Source of the DNA: Lytechinus pictus
Taxonomy: Eukaryota
Reading direction: 5' to 3'
Assembly: GCF_037042905.1 (NCBI RefSeq)
Contig: NC_087252.1
Coordinates: forward strand, 7,132,001 to 7,196,000
Length of the DNA stretch: 64,000 nt
The notes under the pieces were generated by a model, which made no database searches, was not told the origin of the DNA, and worked only from the letters and a program-made list of their open reading frames with translations. Position numbers and translations under genes: made by a program. Below are positions 37,179-51,400 of the stretch, in pieces. Each line of letters opens with the position of its first letter. Within the stretch, counting starts at the first letter, position 1.

Positions 37179-37516
37179 CAGAAGCGGATCTAGAGGGGGG
37201 GTTGGGGGGGTTGCAACCCCCCCCCCCCCCCCCCAAAAAAAAAAAAAAAAATCCGGGGACCATTTTTTTAAATCTTATCTTTTTTTTTAAACTTGTAATT
37301 TTATTTTATTTTATTTCGATGTATTTATTTCATTTATTACAAGAAAACGCTATTTTCACACACAGATTTTCAAAATGTTTTCCTACTGTGGGAGGGGGGA
37401 CACCCCCCTCCCACACCCTCCCCCCTCGCTCGCTCCGCTCGCTTGGACTCGGTCGCTACGCTCCCTCGCATACCACCCCAACCCCCCCCCTTTATAAAAA
37501 GCTGGATCCGCCCCTG
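37179..37516. mobile_element. hAT-type MITE present in the left arm only
   Basis: CAGAAGCGGATCTAG...CTGGATCCGCCCCTG; absent from the mirrored site near 45470; TSD not clean. Confidence 0.7.
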
Positions 37517-38856
37517 ATATACATGATATAGGCCCCGCACTACGGCACTTCAGACACTCCAACACAGTAGCGGGGCCTATATCACGAGTATATTATAAGC
37601 TTGCATCCTAAGATAGTCGCGAAACTGGCCCCGTTCAATGCGCTTTTACCAGCATTCGCACGTGTGTGGGGCTCGGATGACGGCTATCAGTATACTCGTT
37701 TTCGAGGCCCCTTACACTGTTAAATCATGGAAAATAACGTGGTCATGGGGATTGTTTCCCCGGCCGGTGAGAATTATCATGGGCGGCGCTGGAGGGGGGG
37801 GGCTCCAATTTATTTTCCAAATAAACAAGGAGAGAGAATAATAAAAATGTGTATGTATTTATACTTCTTCAGAAATTTATTTGTCGATTTACTTATATAT
37901 TAATATAGTTATTAATTTTTATTTTTATCAATCTATTTCTATTGATTAATTAATATATTTTATTCATCATTTAATTTATTTGTTTTCGGTTTTCTTTCCT
38001 TTGTGATATAGAGAGTCAGAGGTATCATTTATTTCAATCTATTTTAATTGATTAATTAATCATTTAATTTATTTGTTTTCAGTTTTTTTTTCTTTTGTGA
38101 TATAGAGAGTAAGAGGTATCATTCGTTTTTAATTATTTTTATGTGTGGAAGTTCACTCATTTCAATCTATTTTAATTGATTAATTAATGTTTCTATATTG
38201 ATTAATTAATGCATTTATATTTATTCATTAATCATTTAGTTTATTTGTATTATTTTTTTCTTTTGTGATATAGAAAGTCAGAGGTATCATTCGTTTTTAA
38301 TTCTTTTTTATGTTTTGAAGTTCATTTATTTATTCATTTATCAATCTATTTTAATTGATTAATTAATATATTTATATTTATTCATTAATCATTTAATTTA
38401 TTTGTTTTCATTTTTTTTCTTTTGTGATGTAGAGAGTCAGAGGTTTCATTCGTTTTTAATTATTTTTATGTGTGGAAGTTCATTTATTTATTTATTATCT
38501 ATATATTTATTCATTATATTTTTCAATTATTTTTTGTTATCTGAGAGGCGTGCGTAGGCCTAGGTCTTATGTTGATACAGGCTCGTACATTTCATTCATT
38601 TTTATTCATTCTGTAAGTTCTTGTGGATATACAAAATGATGACGGCAATCAACGTAAAGCTCAGGATATTTACTCTTTCACTTGGTATCCTCAGAAGATT
38701 CCTCGATCATTCAGGCATGAATGACTCTAACAATTTGAAGAAAGTATTATAATCAAAATTTAAAAATAATCGTTTACCTTTTTTGAATTAGTCGTAGTTG
38801 AAGGGTGTTATAACCTTATATTTTCGTTACATAAAATGAATTTATATTTTATTTAA

Positions 38857-39416
38857 AGGTCAAGTTCACCCCAGAAAAATGTTGATTTGAATAAATAGAA
38901 AAAATCAAACTAACATAACGCTGGAAATTTCATCAAAATCGGATGTAAAATAAGAAAGTTGTGATATTTTAAAGTTTAAAGTTTTCACAAAACTAATTTG
39001 CTTGCAAATGATACAGTTGATGATGTACGTCCCTCGCTATTTCTTTTGGTTTTTTTGTTAATGTTTGAATTATAAAATATTTTTCACAGATTTTACAATA
39101 AGGGCCAACGTGAATAAACCATATATTCCACATGTTCAGGGAGGAATTAATCATTGTTTCACTTGACAATGAGAAAATTGGAAAATATCATATTTCGTAT
39201 AATAAAATACTAAAGAAATAGTGAGTGGGTGGCGTCATCAGTTTCCTCATTTGCATACAGACCTGGATGTGCATATATAACTATCATTATAAATTAAACT
39301 AAACTTCAAAATGTTATAACTTTCTTATTTTACATCCGATTTTTATGAAATGTTCAGCGTTATGATCGTTCGATTTTCCTCTTTTTATTCAAATCAACTT
39401 TTGGGGTACTTGTCCT
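38857..39416. mobile_element. Kolobok-type MITE; partial mirrored copy at about 43445-43944
   Basis: TTAA|AGGTCAAGTTCACCCCA...TGGGGTACTTGTCCT|TTAA. Confidence 0.82.
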
Positions 39417-39618
39417 TTAAATTAATTTTTTTATTGATGTATTTGTTTGTATTAAACTTTTTGGTTTATTTGATGTTAGACCAACCATTATCGTTAATTT
39501 CTCTTTTTTTGTGTATGGATTTGATCTCTCTCTCTATACCGTATATTATTATATATATAACAAACTATATTCTGTTACCTTACCACTGTAGCCAATATGT
39601 GAAACGTTTATATATATA

Positions 39619-40437
39619 CAGTGCGTCCCACAAAAAACGAAACCGAGATTTATCGATGATTTATCATAACTTAATCACAAATACGATAGACAAATGACCT
39701 ACCATTGTAAAGCTTAGAATCTCATCTTTCATCTGAAATTACTTAGATTATTTCTTATTCACGCATGAGTGAGCAAAAACAATTTGAAAAGGGGATACCA
39801 AAAAGTCACTTGGCGGGCTGTATCTGGGTTTCAAAAAGAAAACCACATTTTTAAAAAGTTCAATATCTGCTCTTTAATTTGATACCTCAATTAAAGAAAA
39901 TAGTCAAAAAATAAGAAAGTTCTGGATATTTGAAACAAGGCTTGATTTTTAATAATTTCATGAAATGAAGAGGTTTTACAGGCTACCGTTCAAACTCACT
40001 CGACACCTCGTTTTGTTGACGATCAGTCATGCATTAAGTCTTTTGTTACCGTGCGATAGCTTATGTGGGAAACCGGTGAAAACACGTTTGTTTAATGAAA
40101 TTATGGAAATACAAGCATTGTTTCGAGGGATCATAACTTTTTTTTTTCTTGACCATTTTCTGTGATTAAGGTATCAAATAAAAGAGCAGATATTGAACTT
40201 TTTAGTCATGTGACTTTCTCTTTGAAATTCAGATATCCCCCGCCAAATGAGTTTTTGGCATCCTTTCTTCGAATTGTTTTAGCTCACTCATGCGTGAATG
40301 ATGAATAATCTAAGTAGTATCAGATGAAAGAGGAGATTATAAGCTTTACGTTGGTGGGTCATTTGTCTATTGTATTTATGATTAAGGTATGATAAATCAT
40401 CGCTAAATCTCGGTTTTGTTTTTTGTGGGACGCACTG
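39619..40437. mobile_element. Tc1/mariner-type MITE with long TIRs
   Basis: TA|CAGTGCGTCCCACAAAAAAC...GTTTTTTGTGGGACGCACTG|TA, inserted in a (TA)n tract; arms about 330 bp. Confidence 0.9.
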
Positions 40438-43400
40438 TATATATATATAGAGAGAGAGGGGGCCCAATACATTACTATTTCAAGTTCTCCTTCGTATTGC
40501 TTCACTTATTTATTTCCTGGTTTATTAATTTATTCGTTCATGTTTGTGCTGTTTTGGGAAAAAAAAATGTTGTCTATTAATTGACACGATAGGCCTATCC
40601 TTAAAGGGGGCAGTTTACCCTGACGCAAAGTTGATGATAGTTAAAGCAGAAACATAGAAAAAATATTCTTAAAGGTTTGCTGAAAATACATTTTTTAATT
40701 GTCACGCATTTTGGTTAAGAAGTTCGATATTCTCTAATCAAATATTTCCATTATCACACTTTAATTAGTGTTTATTATATTAAATTGTATTCTACTCATT
40801 AATGTAATGAATGACTTGCTAAGATCAATTGTGAATGTCACTTTCACTTGCCAAGTAACCTGCACAATCAAGGTACTAATGGATAATTTGTTTTTCTGTT
40901 CCAATCATGAAGAAGCGAAAACGGGAATCAGCCCCTTAGTTGGGGTTTTTTAATACACAAAAACGAAATCACCACGAGAATAACGTGTTGTGATTTGGTT
41001 TTTGTATATCAAAAAACAGAAAAATTAAATTAGAAAAACTTTTGTGCTTTATCTGATTTCTCATTCTAAATTTGTGTTTTTATATATATATAAAAAAAAC
41101 AATATCAGAACATGCCACAATTCGTGACCTCACTGTCAACTAAGTATATGTATGATAGAACTGCATGAAAAACAGCGCCTATAGAATTGTTGGATGTTGC
41201 CTAGCAACAGGATACTATGTTAGTGGTAATTAAACTACATGTAAATCGATGTAAAATATTGATATTTACCAACATGACCAAGCAATATCATTTTGGATGT
41301 ATATCCTAAATATAATGCTAATCAAATAAAGCTAATTTCTTACCCTCCAGAAATTATTAGACGAAACTGACAAGGTAACAAATGTCACTTAAACACAACA
41401 GTTATATAATTTCGTCTTCAAGAAATATAATTATACAAACAAAGAAGTTTATGAAGCATGATCTGATTATTAACCCAAGAATTATGTAAATCTCAAATAT
41501 AGAGAAATAAAAAAAAATATCTACGCAAATCATGTTCGATAAACGATCAAGTAGGGCACTGGGAACGATTTTTTGTAGGGGGTGCTGTGGGTTTTGTTTG
41601 AAAAAATGGCAAAAAGAAGAAAAATATTACACTCAAAGATAATGGGGATTTTGGTAAAAGATTATTGCTCCCAAATAAAAAAGAATTACAATCGATTATA
41701 GACCTATAATCAATACAAAGAACACAACGGTTCAAGGAAAACGTCAATATACTAAAATCATTTAAAATGCATCATTATCCTTTGTAATGGATCGAATTCA
41801 ACAAGGAAAGTTAAGTGTTGAACAAGATGCCCCCCCCCCCCTCCTCTCTCACTCCTACATGTCAGCAGTGTTTAAAAACATACCCTTTTCGTGTCGACAT
41901 AATTATATCAACAAAATTCATCTCGAACTTCGATTGCATTCGCATCCTATTTTCAAGTGTGAAAAAAAATCAGCTCGCGCTCCTCTTTCATATCCTGTTC
42001 ATGCGTCACTGCATGTAAAGTCCTTTTCCCATTTTCAGTTCAGTAATTATAGCTATAATTCATAGCTTTTAACACATGGATTATAATTTTTTTTTTAATT
42101 CACAGTTAGCGTTCTAGTTTAGTTCGGCCGTATAGTCATGGTAGGCCTATCTTGTTGGTAAATATTAAAGTAAAATGTACTTAAACTTCCATATCACAAC
42201 GCCCCCCCCCCCCCCTAAAAAAAAACACTTTTACCTTTTTCTCTTTGAGTGGCGGCGACCAGGGATTTCATGAATGGCAATTTGTCCAACCGGCCTGCCC
42301 CCGCCCCTTTAAAGATACTAGACCCGTACCTGCTGTGTGTATATTTTTTCCTGACGCATTCAACCTATGCGCCACCAACTGTCTTCTCAAATGCTGACGA
42401 AATCTCGGATCTGGGGGACACATTAAACTCCTGAAATAAAATATCACAGAAAAGGAAATAATGAAATAATTCGTGCATGAAAATAAATTATATGAACACA
42501 TTGAGACACGTTTTCCGAAATAATTAAATCTTTTAATAAAATCGGGGGCGAGGGTGTATGAATTAGTAAATAAATGAATACCATATAGGCGAAGAAAAAA
42601 AATGCAATATTTGGATGGTCAGTGTATTAATGAAATGACGATCGATCAATAAATGTTTTTTTTAATAATTTGTTGATGCGGAATGCCGTTATTTTTAGGC
42701 CTACTACCATGTATACCAGCAAACAATCGAAATCCATCATTATTAAAACCATGCCATCAAATACAGTTACAATCTTCAAGTGGATTGATAAAAATGAATG
42801 CAGGATGAGAAAAAAATCCAAGTTGATAGGTTAATTAGCTGAAGAAATACTGGGATATCAATGAACGGTATTAGCAAGCTTTTAAAAAAATAAAAGATTA
42901 ATAAATTGATATTTAAGAAAAAGATAAAACGTACTTAACGTACATACTACATAGATAATATAGATAATGATAGGCCTATCCCCAATTGTGGGGGCCGGGG
43001 GGATAAGTCTCGGTAAAATATATATTAAGTTAATTATAGCGTAGATATCCCTCAAGCAATAATAAAATTGACCAAAAGAAAATTAATACATTTTCCCCGA
43101 ATGAATATGCCTATTCGTTTTCTTTTCTGAACTTAAATGGATGAAAAGTGGGGAAGCGGGGGGGGGGGGTTATGAAAGGAATGAAAAAAATACAAATTGA
43201 TAATACGCAGGAAGCCAGATGAATGATTCAATATTGAATAAGAGAAGGTGATTATAAATAGATTATGATACATGAATTAATAAATGGATTCATTCGCAGC
43301 ATTACGTCAAATGAAAGATTGGGGGAAATTATACAAGAACTATACAATTTAATCATTAATGACACCTCCCTCCCCGCAAAAAAAAAATTTAATCTAAATG

Positions 43401-46374
43401 CTGAATAAAACGAGGTTATCAAATAACTTGCAAATACAAATTACGATCGGATATTAAATAAGAAAGTTATAACATTTTGAAGTTTAGTTTAATCTAAAAT
43501 AATAGTTATAATACACATCCAGGTCGGCAAATGAGGAAACTGATGACGCCACCCACTCACTATTTCTTTAGTATTTTATTATATGAAATATGATATTTTC
43601 CAATTTTCTCCTCATTGTCAAGTGAAACAATGATTAATTCCTCCCTGAACATGTGGAATATATGGTTCATTCACGTTGGCCCTTATTGTAAAATCTGTGA
43701 AAAATGAAATATTGTATAATTAAAACAATAAAAATAAAAAAAAAATAGCGAGGGACATCATCAACTGTATCATTTGCAAGCGAATGAGTTGTGCATATCA
43801 CTGTTTTGTGAAAAATAAGCGAAGCTTTAAAATATCACAACTTTCTTATTTTACATCCGATTTTTGATGAAATTTCCAGCGTTATGTTAGTTTGATTTTT
43901 CTCTATTTATTCAAATCAACATTTTTCTGGGGTGAACTTGACCATTAAATAAAATATAAATTCATTTTATGTAACGAAAAAATAAGGTTATAACACCCTT
44001 CAACTACGACTAATTCAAAAAAGGTAAACGATTATTTTTTAATTTTGATTATAATACTTTCTTCAAATTGTTAGAGTCATTCATGCCTGAATGATCGAGG
44101 AATCTTCTGAGGATACCAGGTGAAAGAGTAAATATTCTGAGCTTTACGTTGATTGCCGTCATCATTTTGTATATCCACAAGAACTTACAGAATGAATAAA
44201 AATGAATGAAATGTACGAGCCTGTATCAACATAAGACCTAGGCCTACGCACGCCTCTCAGATAACAAAAAATAATAAATAAATGAACTTCCACACATAAA
44301 AAGAATTAAAAACGAATGATACCTCTGACTCTCTATATCACAAAAGAAAAATAAATAGTACAAATAAATTAAATGATTAATGAATAAATATAAATATATT
44401 AATTAATCAATTAAAATAGATTGATAAATGAATAAATAAATGAACTTCCACACATAAAAAGAATTGAAAACTAATAATACCTCTGACTCTCTACATCACA
44501 AAAGAAAAAAACTGAAAACAAATAAATTAAATGATTAATGAATAAATATAAATACATTAATTAATCAATTAAAATAGATTGATAGATAAATAATACATTA
44601 ATTAATCAATTAAAATAGATTGAAATAAGTGAACTTCCACACATAAAAATAATTAAAAACGAATTATACCTCTGACTCTCTACATCACAAAAGACAAAAA
44701 AAAATGAAAACAAATACATTAAATGATTAATGAATAAATATATAAATACATTAATTAATAAATACAAATACATTAATCAATCAATTAAAATAGATTGAAA
44801 AAATAATACAAATAAACTAAATGATTAATGAATAAATATAAATACATTAATTAATCAATTAAAATAGATTGATAGATAAATAATACATTAATTAATCAAT
44901 TAAAATAGATTGAAATAAGTGAGCTTCCACACATAAAAATAATTAAAAACGAATGATACCTCCGACTCTCTACATCACAAAAGACAAAAAAAATGAAAAC
45001 AAATAAATTAAAATGATGAATAAAATATATTAATTAATCAATAGAAATAGATTGATAAAAATAAAAATTAATAACTATATTAAAATATAAGTAAATCGAC
45101 AAATAAATTTCTGAAGAAGTATAAACACATACACATTTTTATTATTCTCTCTCCTTGTTTATTTGGAAAATAAATTGGAGCCCCCCCCCCCCCCCCCCCC
45201 CCCTCCAGCGCCGCCCATGATAATTCTCACCGGCCGGGGAAACAAGCCCCAGGACCACGTTATTTTCCATGATATAACAGTGTAAAGGGCCTCGAAAACG
45301 AGTATACTGATAGCCGTCATCCGAGCCCCACACACGTGCGAATGCTGGGACAAGCGCATTGGACGGGGCCAGTTTCGCGACTATCTTAGGAGGCAAGCTT
45401 ATAATATACTCGTGATATTGGCCCCGCTACTATGTTGGAGTGTCTGAAGTGCCGTAGTGCGGGGCCTATATAACGGTTATAGTATACACTCGTGAAACAG
45501 GCCCCGCGAACGGACATTCTAAGCCATTCAACACAGCAGCGGGGCCTATATCACGAGTATATATAGTGAGCTGAAGTTAGCAACCTAGATATTGAGGTAT
45601 GATCGATTACAAGTTTTTCTCGAGCGGGGCCATAGAGATGTATACTAATAACGCTAGAGGGCGTACTTCGTAAAATCTCTGTGATTACGCGGAGACCGGC
45701 CGCCATTACTCGATAGGCCTTCGCAGCCTGCCATGCGTGTACATTACCTATATGGGGCATGTACAGTGATAGCACAGAAACGGAACAAAACATAGGCGGA
45801 TCCAGCTTTTGGCGAAAGGGGGGGGGGCGCACTGCCGAGCGGCGCACATATTTTTGCACTTCACCGGCGCCATAAAAGAAAATGTTGAAAAAGGGGTAAA
45901 GTCTGACCCTGTCAAATGCTCTTTTCAAAATGTAGGATTTCCAGTCATGCCATTTTGCATGACCACACGCAGATAATATTTCCGGGGGGGGGGCAAGATT
46001 CGAAAATTTGGTACACATCTCACATTTGCACATTTTTCATAGTTTTCATGAAATGTTAAGGAAAAAAAATTGTTTTTCACAACAGCAGATCGCGAATGTG
46101 CACCCCCCCCCCCATTCCCCCTTTCTGCGTACGACCATTCCCTGAAGTCCACTTAAACATATCTCATTATAACAGAAATATACATCAATTTAAACATATA
46201 ATCTTTCTAAAACATATATAGAGAGAGATTGAAAAACATATTAAAGAAAGAAACAAGCAAAAAGTAACACAAATTATGCATGTTATGTGCGATTTCAAAA
46301 TCTTGTGTATTAACCCTTTTATTGCGATGAGGCCAATACTTTTGTATATTAATAGAGATACAAGTTTTTTTTAC

Positions 46375-46380
<6 letters not shown>

Positions 46381-46448
<68 letters not shown>

Positions 46449-46508
46449 TAGCTCTGGGGAACCTTGATTTAAGCTACGCCTACCATTGTTCTCTTCATCC
46501 ATTTCTTT

Positions 46509-46572
<64 letters not shown>
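46381..46572. repeat. Two (TA)n microsatellites
   Basis: Pure TA runs at 46381-46446 and 46513-46572. Confidence 0.97.
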
Positions 46573-46575
<3 letters not shown>

Positions 46576-47679
46576 GGGCGTCGATCCTTTTTTAAGATTT
46601 GGGGGGCAAAATCATGAATCAACTTTTCAAAGGCGCTCGATATCACACAAAACAAACAAACTCACACACACACACATATGCATATATGTATATTTATATG
46701 ACTATTGAGATAGAAACACATATCTCACCAACAAATTAATGCGAGCGCGAAGCGCGAACTGAAATTTTTTAGTATACTGACCTGAAAACAGGAAAAAGGT
46801 GCCTGTTTATAGGACTGTTTGTAGTAACTCATGAGGAGGATACATATCTCACTACACAGATAATGCGAGTGCCGAGGGCGAGCTGAAATTTCTTTATATT
46901 CTGACCAGAAAGCTTGATATTCTATGCATTTTTGGTACCAATGATTAAGATGGGTATCTAAAAAAAACAATAGATGCGAGCGCGAAGCGCGAGCTTAAAA
47001 TTTTGATATTTCAATCTGAAAAAAAAATGATATTTTAATGGACGTTTGTAATAAAGAACAAGATTATATCCAGCAAAAGATTATTGCAAATCGAAGCGGG
47101 AGTTCTTTTGACGTTTAGTCCTGAAAAAGGGACATTCTATTCACCTATTTAATCATGAAAAGTATGGGGTTTTGCTACAGAAATGATGCGAGCGCGAAGC
47201 ACGAGCTGAAAATTGTTATATTCCAATCTGAGAAGCGGATAATTTAAGCACGATTTTAAATAAAGAACGAGTTGTGTAGCTCAATCTCAATATACGACTG
47301 GTTGCGTAATTATACATTCCCGGTACTAGCAACGGGTTTTAGCAAACTTTGGGCTAAAATATCGAATCATCTTCATAAAACACTGTAGTAGCTGTCTTAA
47401 ACTAAAGGCCATAGAGGTGGCACAATGTGGAATGTGTTAAGAAGTAAAGTGACTGACCTTCTTTTTATTAAAGCATTGGAAAATAAGATCAAAATTAAAG
47501 GATTTGCTCTACGCTTTTGTATGATTCTGGGATATTTTAAATAAATTAAAGATATTCCATGACATCTGTCATTCTGTGGGCAACTGCCCCGCCCCAGTCC
47601 ACTCTGTAAGGGCATGCGATAAGCTTTGTTATGACCATTCAACAATAAAATGTATAACCAGGTGCCGCTGATCATTCTT

Positions 47680-48480
47680 GACCGGCGCCGATCTAGATTT
47701 GGTTGGCAATAGGCCCTTCTTCATTATTATACCGGTGCCTATCTATTGGAACCAGGGGACGCTGATTATTATTGACCGGCGCCGATTTAGAACAAGTAGT
47801 GCTGATTATTTTTACCGACGTCACGTAAGATTCAGGCAGCGGCAATTCATAATTGACTGGCGCCGATTTAGAACCAGGAGGCGCCGATTATTCTTGACTG
47901 GCGCCGATTTTTAACCAGGTGGTGCTGATTATTCTTGTCCGGCGCCGATTTAGATTTAGGTGGAGCTGATTATTCTTGATCGGCACCGGTTAAGACTCAG
48001 GCAGCGCCGATTTATAACCAGATGGCGCTGATTATTCTTTACCAGCCCCGATTTAGATATAGGTGGCGCTGATTATCCTTGATCGGCGCCGGTTACGAAC
48101 TCAGGCAGCGCCGATTTTTCTCTACCGGCGCCGATTTATAACCAGATGGCGCCGTTTATTCTTGCCCGGCGCCGATTTAGATTTAGGTGGAGCTGATTAT
48201 TCTTGATCGGCGCCGGTTAAGACTCTGGCAGCGCCGATTTATAACCAGATGGCGCTGATTATTCTTGTCCGGACCCGATTTAGATTTAGGTGGCGCTGAT
48301 TATCCTTGATCGGCGCCGGTTAAGAACTCAGGCAGCGTCGATTTTTCTGTACCGGCGCCGATTTATAACCAGATGGCGCCGATTATTTTTATCTGGTGCC
48401 GATTTAGATTTAGGTGGCGCAGATTATCCTTGATCGGCGCCAGTTATATGCAGACAGCGCACTGATTATTTTTAACTGGC
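47680..48480. repeat. Minisatellite with GGCGCCGATT core (about 20-bp monomers, higher-order units of about 100-120 bp)
   Basis: Dozens of GGCGC(C/T)GATT cores; the block ATAACCAGATGGCGC recurs near 48014, 48138, 48241 and 48365. Confidence 0.9.
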
Positions 48481-51400
48481 GAAGTTGTTGGGAAAAGGGT
48501 AGTTAAAAGAAAAGATAAGGAAGATGATATGATTGTGCTTTGCTGGTGGATAGTCTTTCCTTACTGTTGCCAATATTATATCAGTGTATATTTTTTTAAA
48601 GCGGCGCCTTTTCTTTTCTTTCCTTTATTTTTATTTTTTCAAGCAGCGCCTTTTCTTTCTTTTACTTTTCTTTTATTTTTTTTTTGAGCGGCGGCTTTGG
48701 CGCCGCTCAAATATTAGGGGGGTGCGCGCCCCCTGCGCCACCCCCCTGGATCCGCCGCTGCAAAATGATAACATATGAGCTTGAAAGCAAATGGAAAAGC
48801 AAAATATTGTAAATCGCACTGGATTAAAGTTCAAATTAACAAAGAATCTATCAAAACTGAGGACAAAACTGCCTATATAGACCTATCTATATAGGGCATA
48901 ATATATCCTATATACAAATAATACAGTCCAAAGATACATCCCCAATCGTTTTTGCTTTGGTCATAATATTTCGATGTATCATATATATGACTTCTATTTT
49001 CTGATGATTTGGAAGGGATGAATATTAAAAATAACATGCAGCTAGGCCTAGGCATATCGTTCTAGGTCCTGCAAATTTAACATGATCTGGTGTTCAAGTT
49101 GACCTCAGAAATTTCATAGGCCCTTTCACAGTGTCTGATGCATCCGAGACACAAGCTATCGAAAAAACACGATTGCATTTTTTTTTTCAAGTATAGTTTC
49201 CTAATTACTATGATGCTGATTGCTGATAATTTATTTCTTTACTTTTGATAATTTTTATAATTCATTTTCCATTTAGATCTACACATAGAAATCATATAAA
49301 GAATATAGAGCCTAACTCCTTTCCCCATGGTTTTAAACGTCGATGTAACCAACATCACAATAACTCGTGAGTCATAAAATGACTTTTATTGATAATATTT
49401 GAAAATGATTTATGCATTGGTCCAATTAATTGATAAGTTTATGATTTAAATTTCCAATGCTGTCAACCATCCGGTCATATTGATTACTTATATACGTGCG
49501 AGCAATTAAGAAATGTTTGTTGACAGCAAAATTTGCATATCAAATGCGCGCATGCAGTAGTACAATTTTGCAATGTACAGGAGGCCATGGGGTAAAGTGT
49601 AGGATGTTTACCGTGTATTATTGACTTGCAAACATTTCACTATTTCGGAGAGTAAACAAATTACAATGTGTGTTTAACGCAACATAGAACAATTTCACTT
49701 TGATTTTCTGGAAAGTCTAAACTTGATTCACTCCGGCTGAAATACTATGCAGATCGGCAAACCGGCTGAAATATTCTGTTGATATAATAATTATGGCCGG
49801 CGTTTGTGATCCTATAATGATTGGCCAATATTATGTGAACAAATCAAGGATAGAATAATGAGGAGGAGAGGAATAAGGAGAAGAGAAGAAAAAGGGCGGG
49901 AAGACTGAGGATATTTGTATTATACTACAAAGATTATTATTACTAAAACTGAGTGTATAAAACCAGTTGATAACAATATCATGAAAGAGATTCATTTCAT
50001 AAATGCAAACTTAATAAACTTATATAAAAACGGTTGCAAAATTGTGAGTACTAAAACCAAACATAATATTATTGAATATTGCAAAACTGAAAATACTTGG
50101 AATAAGATGTTATACAAATTGTCAGCTGTTGAGTGATCATCATAATTACCTGTCTTGAAATTGTGTTAATATTTATTAACTGTGTCTGTGTTAAATTTAT
50201 GGCAAAGATTTCCAAACACTGGCACCGGCCTATGTCATAAACCGGTAAACATGCGTTTTGCATATTCAGTTTTGTTTGTCACTTTAAAAGTATAACTAAT
50301 TTGATCTCCTAATTTTATTCTTTTAATTTCATTGGCTAGCCTATGGACCTGAGTTTGATTATTTAGGTTTGTTTTATAATAAGGTTTTCACGGATGAACA
50401 AAATTATAATATCATTGACATACGGGGCCGCAGAATGATTTTGAAACAGGGGGTGCATAAAATCACAATAATTTATTATGTCATGTTCATTTTCACTTTA
50501 GGGAGGGATCCATGCAGCCTCGCGCCCCTATTTTATTTTGATCATAGTGTGTCAAAGTAATTTTGATTGGGTGCGTATGACACTAGTCTTTAATTACACC
50601 CACCCCTTAAAAAGCGAATAAAAAATCGATTCTAGAATGTACACTGGTGTAACGCCAAGAAAAGTAATGAGATACCCTTTATAATTACTACTTGCTATTA
50701 TAATAGCGCATAATCAAAGATCAAAACACTAACTTATACAAATTATTGTTAATGATATATTTCTTACAAATTAAAGCAAGTTACATATAGTAGGCCTATA
50801 TAGAAATTAAAATATTATATCCAACATAAACAAATTGGTCATAAGAACATCAAGTGACGTGAATGAAGGAATGTGGAAAAGGACGATGCAGTTAAAGGTA
50901 GGGATATCCAGCGGAGAAGATGGGCTAATTCACTGTCTTTTGAATTAATTGTCAATTTTTCCATTAATGTACGTTGTATATTTTTATTTTATCTGATATA
51001 ATAGATATTATTATCTATTATTATCTAAAATAGGCCTATAAACAGAGAGGTAAATGCAAAAATTATATAAGAGAATTTCATCCGAGAAGTCAGGTATAAA
51101 TGCCAAATTCACAGCATAATCCCCATGTAATCACACTAATAATCAATCGAAATGCAATTTGTCATTAATATTTTCGATTGTAATGAGGTTGGATTCTTTT
51201 CTTCAAGAAAAAAGGCCGGAGACGGCATCCCTTTTCCCCTTTTTCACAGCGTTACAACGCACGAGCTATGTGTACATCCGGGTACTTTTGCTCCGCGCAA
51301 TCACAGACGTTAAGTACGCGCGCCTATGGCGACTCCGCACTCTAGGGGACGTCACTCTAGCGTAATTAGTATACATCTCTATGAGCGGGGCCTATATCAC

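Larger units (their letters stand above)
45631..51383. mobile_element. Non-autonomous P-element-like transposon, 5.75 kb, with no transposase seen
   Basis: TIR CATAGAGATGTATACTAAT(A/T)ACGCTAGAG; perfect 8-bp TSD AGCGGGGC at 45623-45630 and 51384-51391. Confidence 0.85.

Noticed and set aside
37001..37764. CRISPR array
   Set aside because: Repeats alternate in orientation, lie in a eukaryotic TIR, and there are no cas genes.
46276..46655. (IY)n ORFs
   Set aside because: Translations of TA microsatellites.
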